32,000 nt of DNA, from the NCBI GenBank assembly GCA_030167145.1, contig CP126532.1, forward strand, positions 990,001 to 1,022,000, given 5' to 3'. The number at the start of each line of letters is the position of its first letter. Positions within the stretch are counted from its first letter, which is position 1. Below the pieces are notes generated by a model, which was not told the origin of the DNA, did not search any database, and worked only from the letters and a program-made list of their open reading frames with translations. The translations under genes were made by a program, and so were the position numbers. This DNA comes from Ktedonobacterales bacterium (GTDB taxonomy: Bacteria > Chloroflexota > Ktedonobacteria > Ktedonobacterales > JADMIN01). Below, piece by piece: positions 31,724 through 32,000 of the stretch.

Positions 31724-32000
31724 CTAGCGAAAGAGGTCCATAGCCGGGTCCATGATGAGATCCGCGCCCGCGCCGTCACGCCGCTCATAGGGATAGCCGC
31801 GAATCAGCGTGAAGGGGCAGCGGCTCACCTTGCCAGAAACCAGTTCAGCGGCGGCGGCCAGCTCATCGGCGACGGCGATTACGCTGGCATGCATCACGCG
31901 GCCAAAGTCGTCGGGCTGGCCGCGATAGTCCGCAAGCGGTGCGATGCCCGCGACGCCGATGGCGACATTGGTGATGCCGTTGCGCCAGGGCCGCCCGAAT
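31724..32000 (-). CDS. cofE: Coenzyme F420-0:L-glutamate ligase (CofE-like), 3' fragment truncated by the window edge
   Basis: The reverse-strand translation reads ...GITNVAIGVAGIAPLADYRGQPDDFGRVMHASVIAVADELAAAAELVSGKVSRCPFTLIRGYPYERRDGAGADLIMDPAMDLFR*, which matches the conserved CofE C-terminal region. Stop at 31724-31726. It is absent from the ORF track because the start lies outside the window. Confidence 0.7.
   Translation of the reverse strand, partial: FGRPWRNGITNVAIGVAGIAPLADYRGQPDDFGRVMHASVIAVADELAAAAELVSGKVSRCPFTLIRGYPYERRDGAGADLIMDPAMDLFR

Overview
High-GC bacterial chromosomal window. Gene content (F420 genes, TreT) and the style of the intergenic palindromes suggest a Chloroflexota, possibly Ktedonobacteria-like, genome; this is inference only. 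All calls are hand motif reading with no searches or folding, so domain borders and some start codons are approximate.

- **0.2-11.6 kb, housekeeping and accessory metabolism:** a spermidine-synthase-like methyltransferase, trehalose synthase TreT, a minus-strand leucine-catabolism block (enoyl-CoA hydratase, biotin carboxylase/BCCP subunit, HMG-CoA lyase), a YhhQ-type queuosine-precursor transporter, a membrane protein with three Cys-containing repeat modules, an atypical SDR and a polytopic membrane protein.
- **11.6-16.5 kb, putative Mg2+ operon:** a near-consensus promoter, an M-box (ykoK-type) Mg2+ riboswitch and an intrinsic terminator. These are followed by two tandem NRAMP-related transporters with non-canonical metal-site motifs and gene-conversion tracts. 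The last gene is a soluble protein matching the cytosolic sensor part of MgtE (N-domain plus CBS pair, no pore).
- **16.6-19.9 kb:** a HAD-family hydrolase and a 747-aa all-TPR protein.
- **21.36-25.66 kb, minus strand, main finding:** a complete diversity-generating retroelement ordered target(VR)-RT-Avd-TR. The diversified target is a TIR-TPR-FGE/C-type-lectin-fold protein, so it reads as a hypervariable ligand sensor fused to a TIR effector domain. The VR differs from the TR mainly at TR adenines, but it also has indels (net -18 nt) and two non-adenine mismatches. Dense clusters of small palindromic (REP-like) elements flank the cassette on both sides.
- **26.3-32.0 kb:** mnmG, a SAM methyltransferase and an F420 cluster. 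The cluster contains a PPOX-fold::FbiB-C-terminal-like nitroreductase fusion, an FGD-family LLM oxidoreductase and a partial cofE. An 18-nt x6 tandem expansion of a GC-rich hairpin element fills one intergenic gap.
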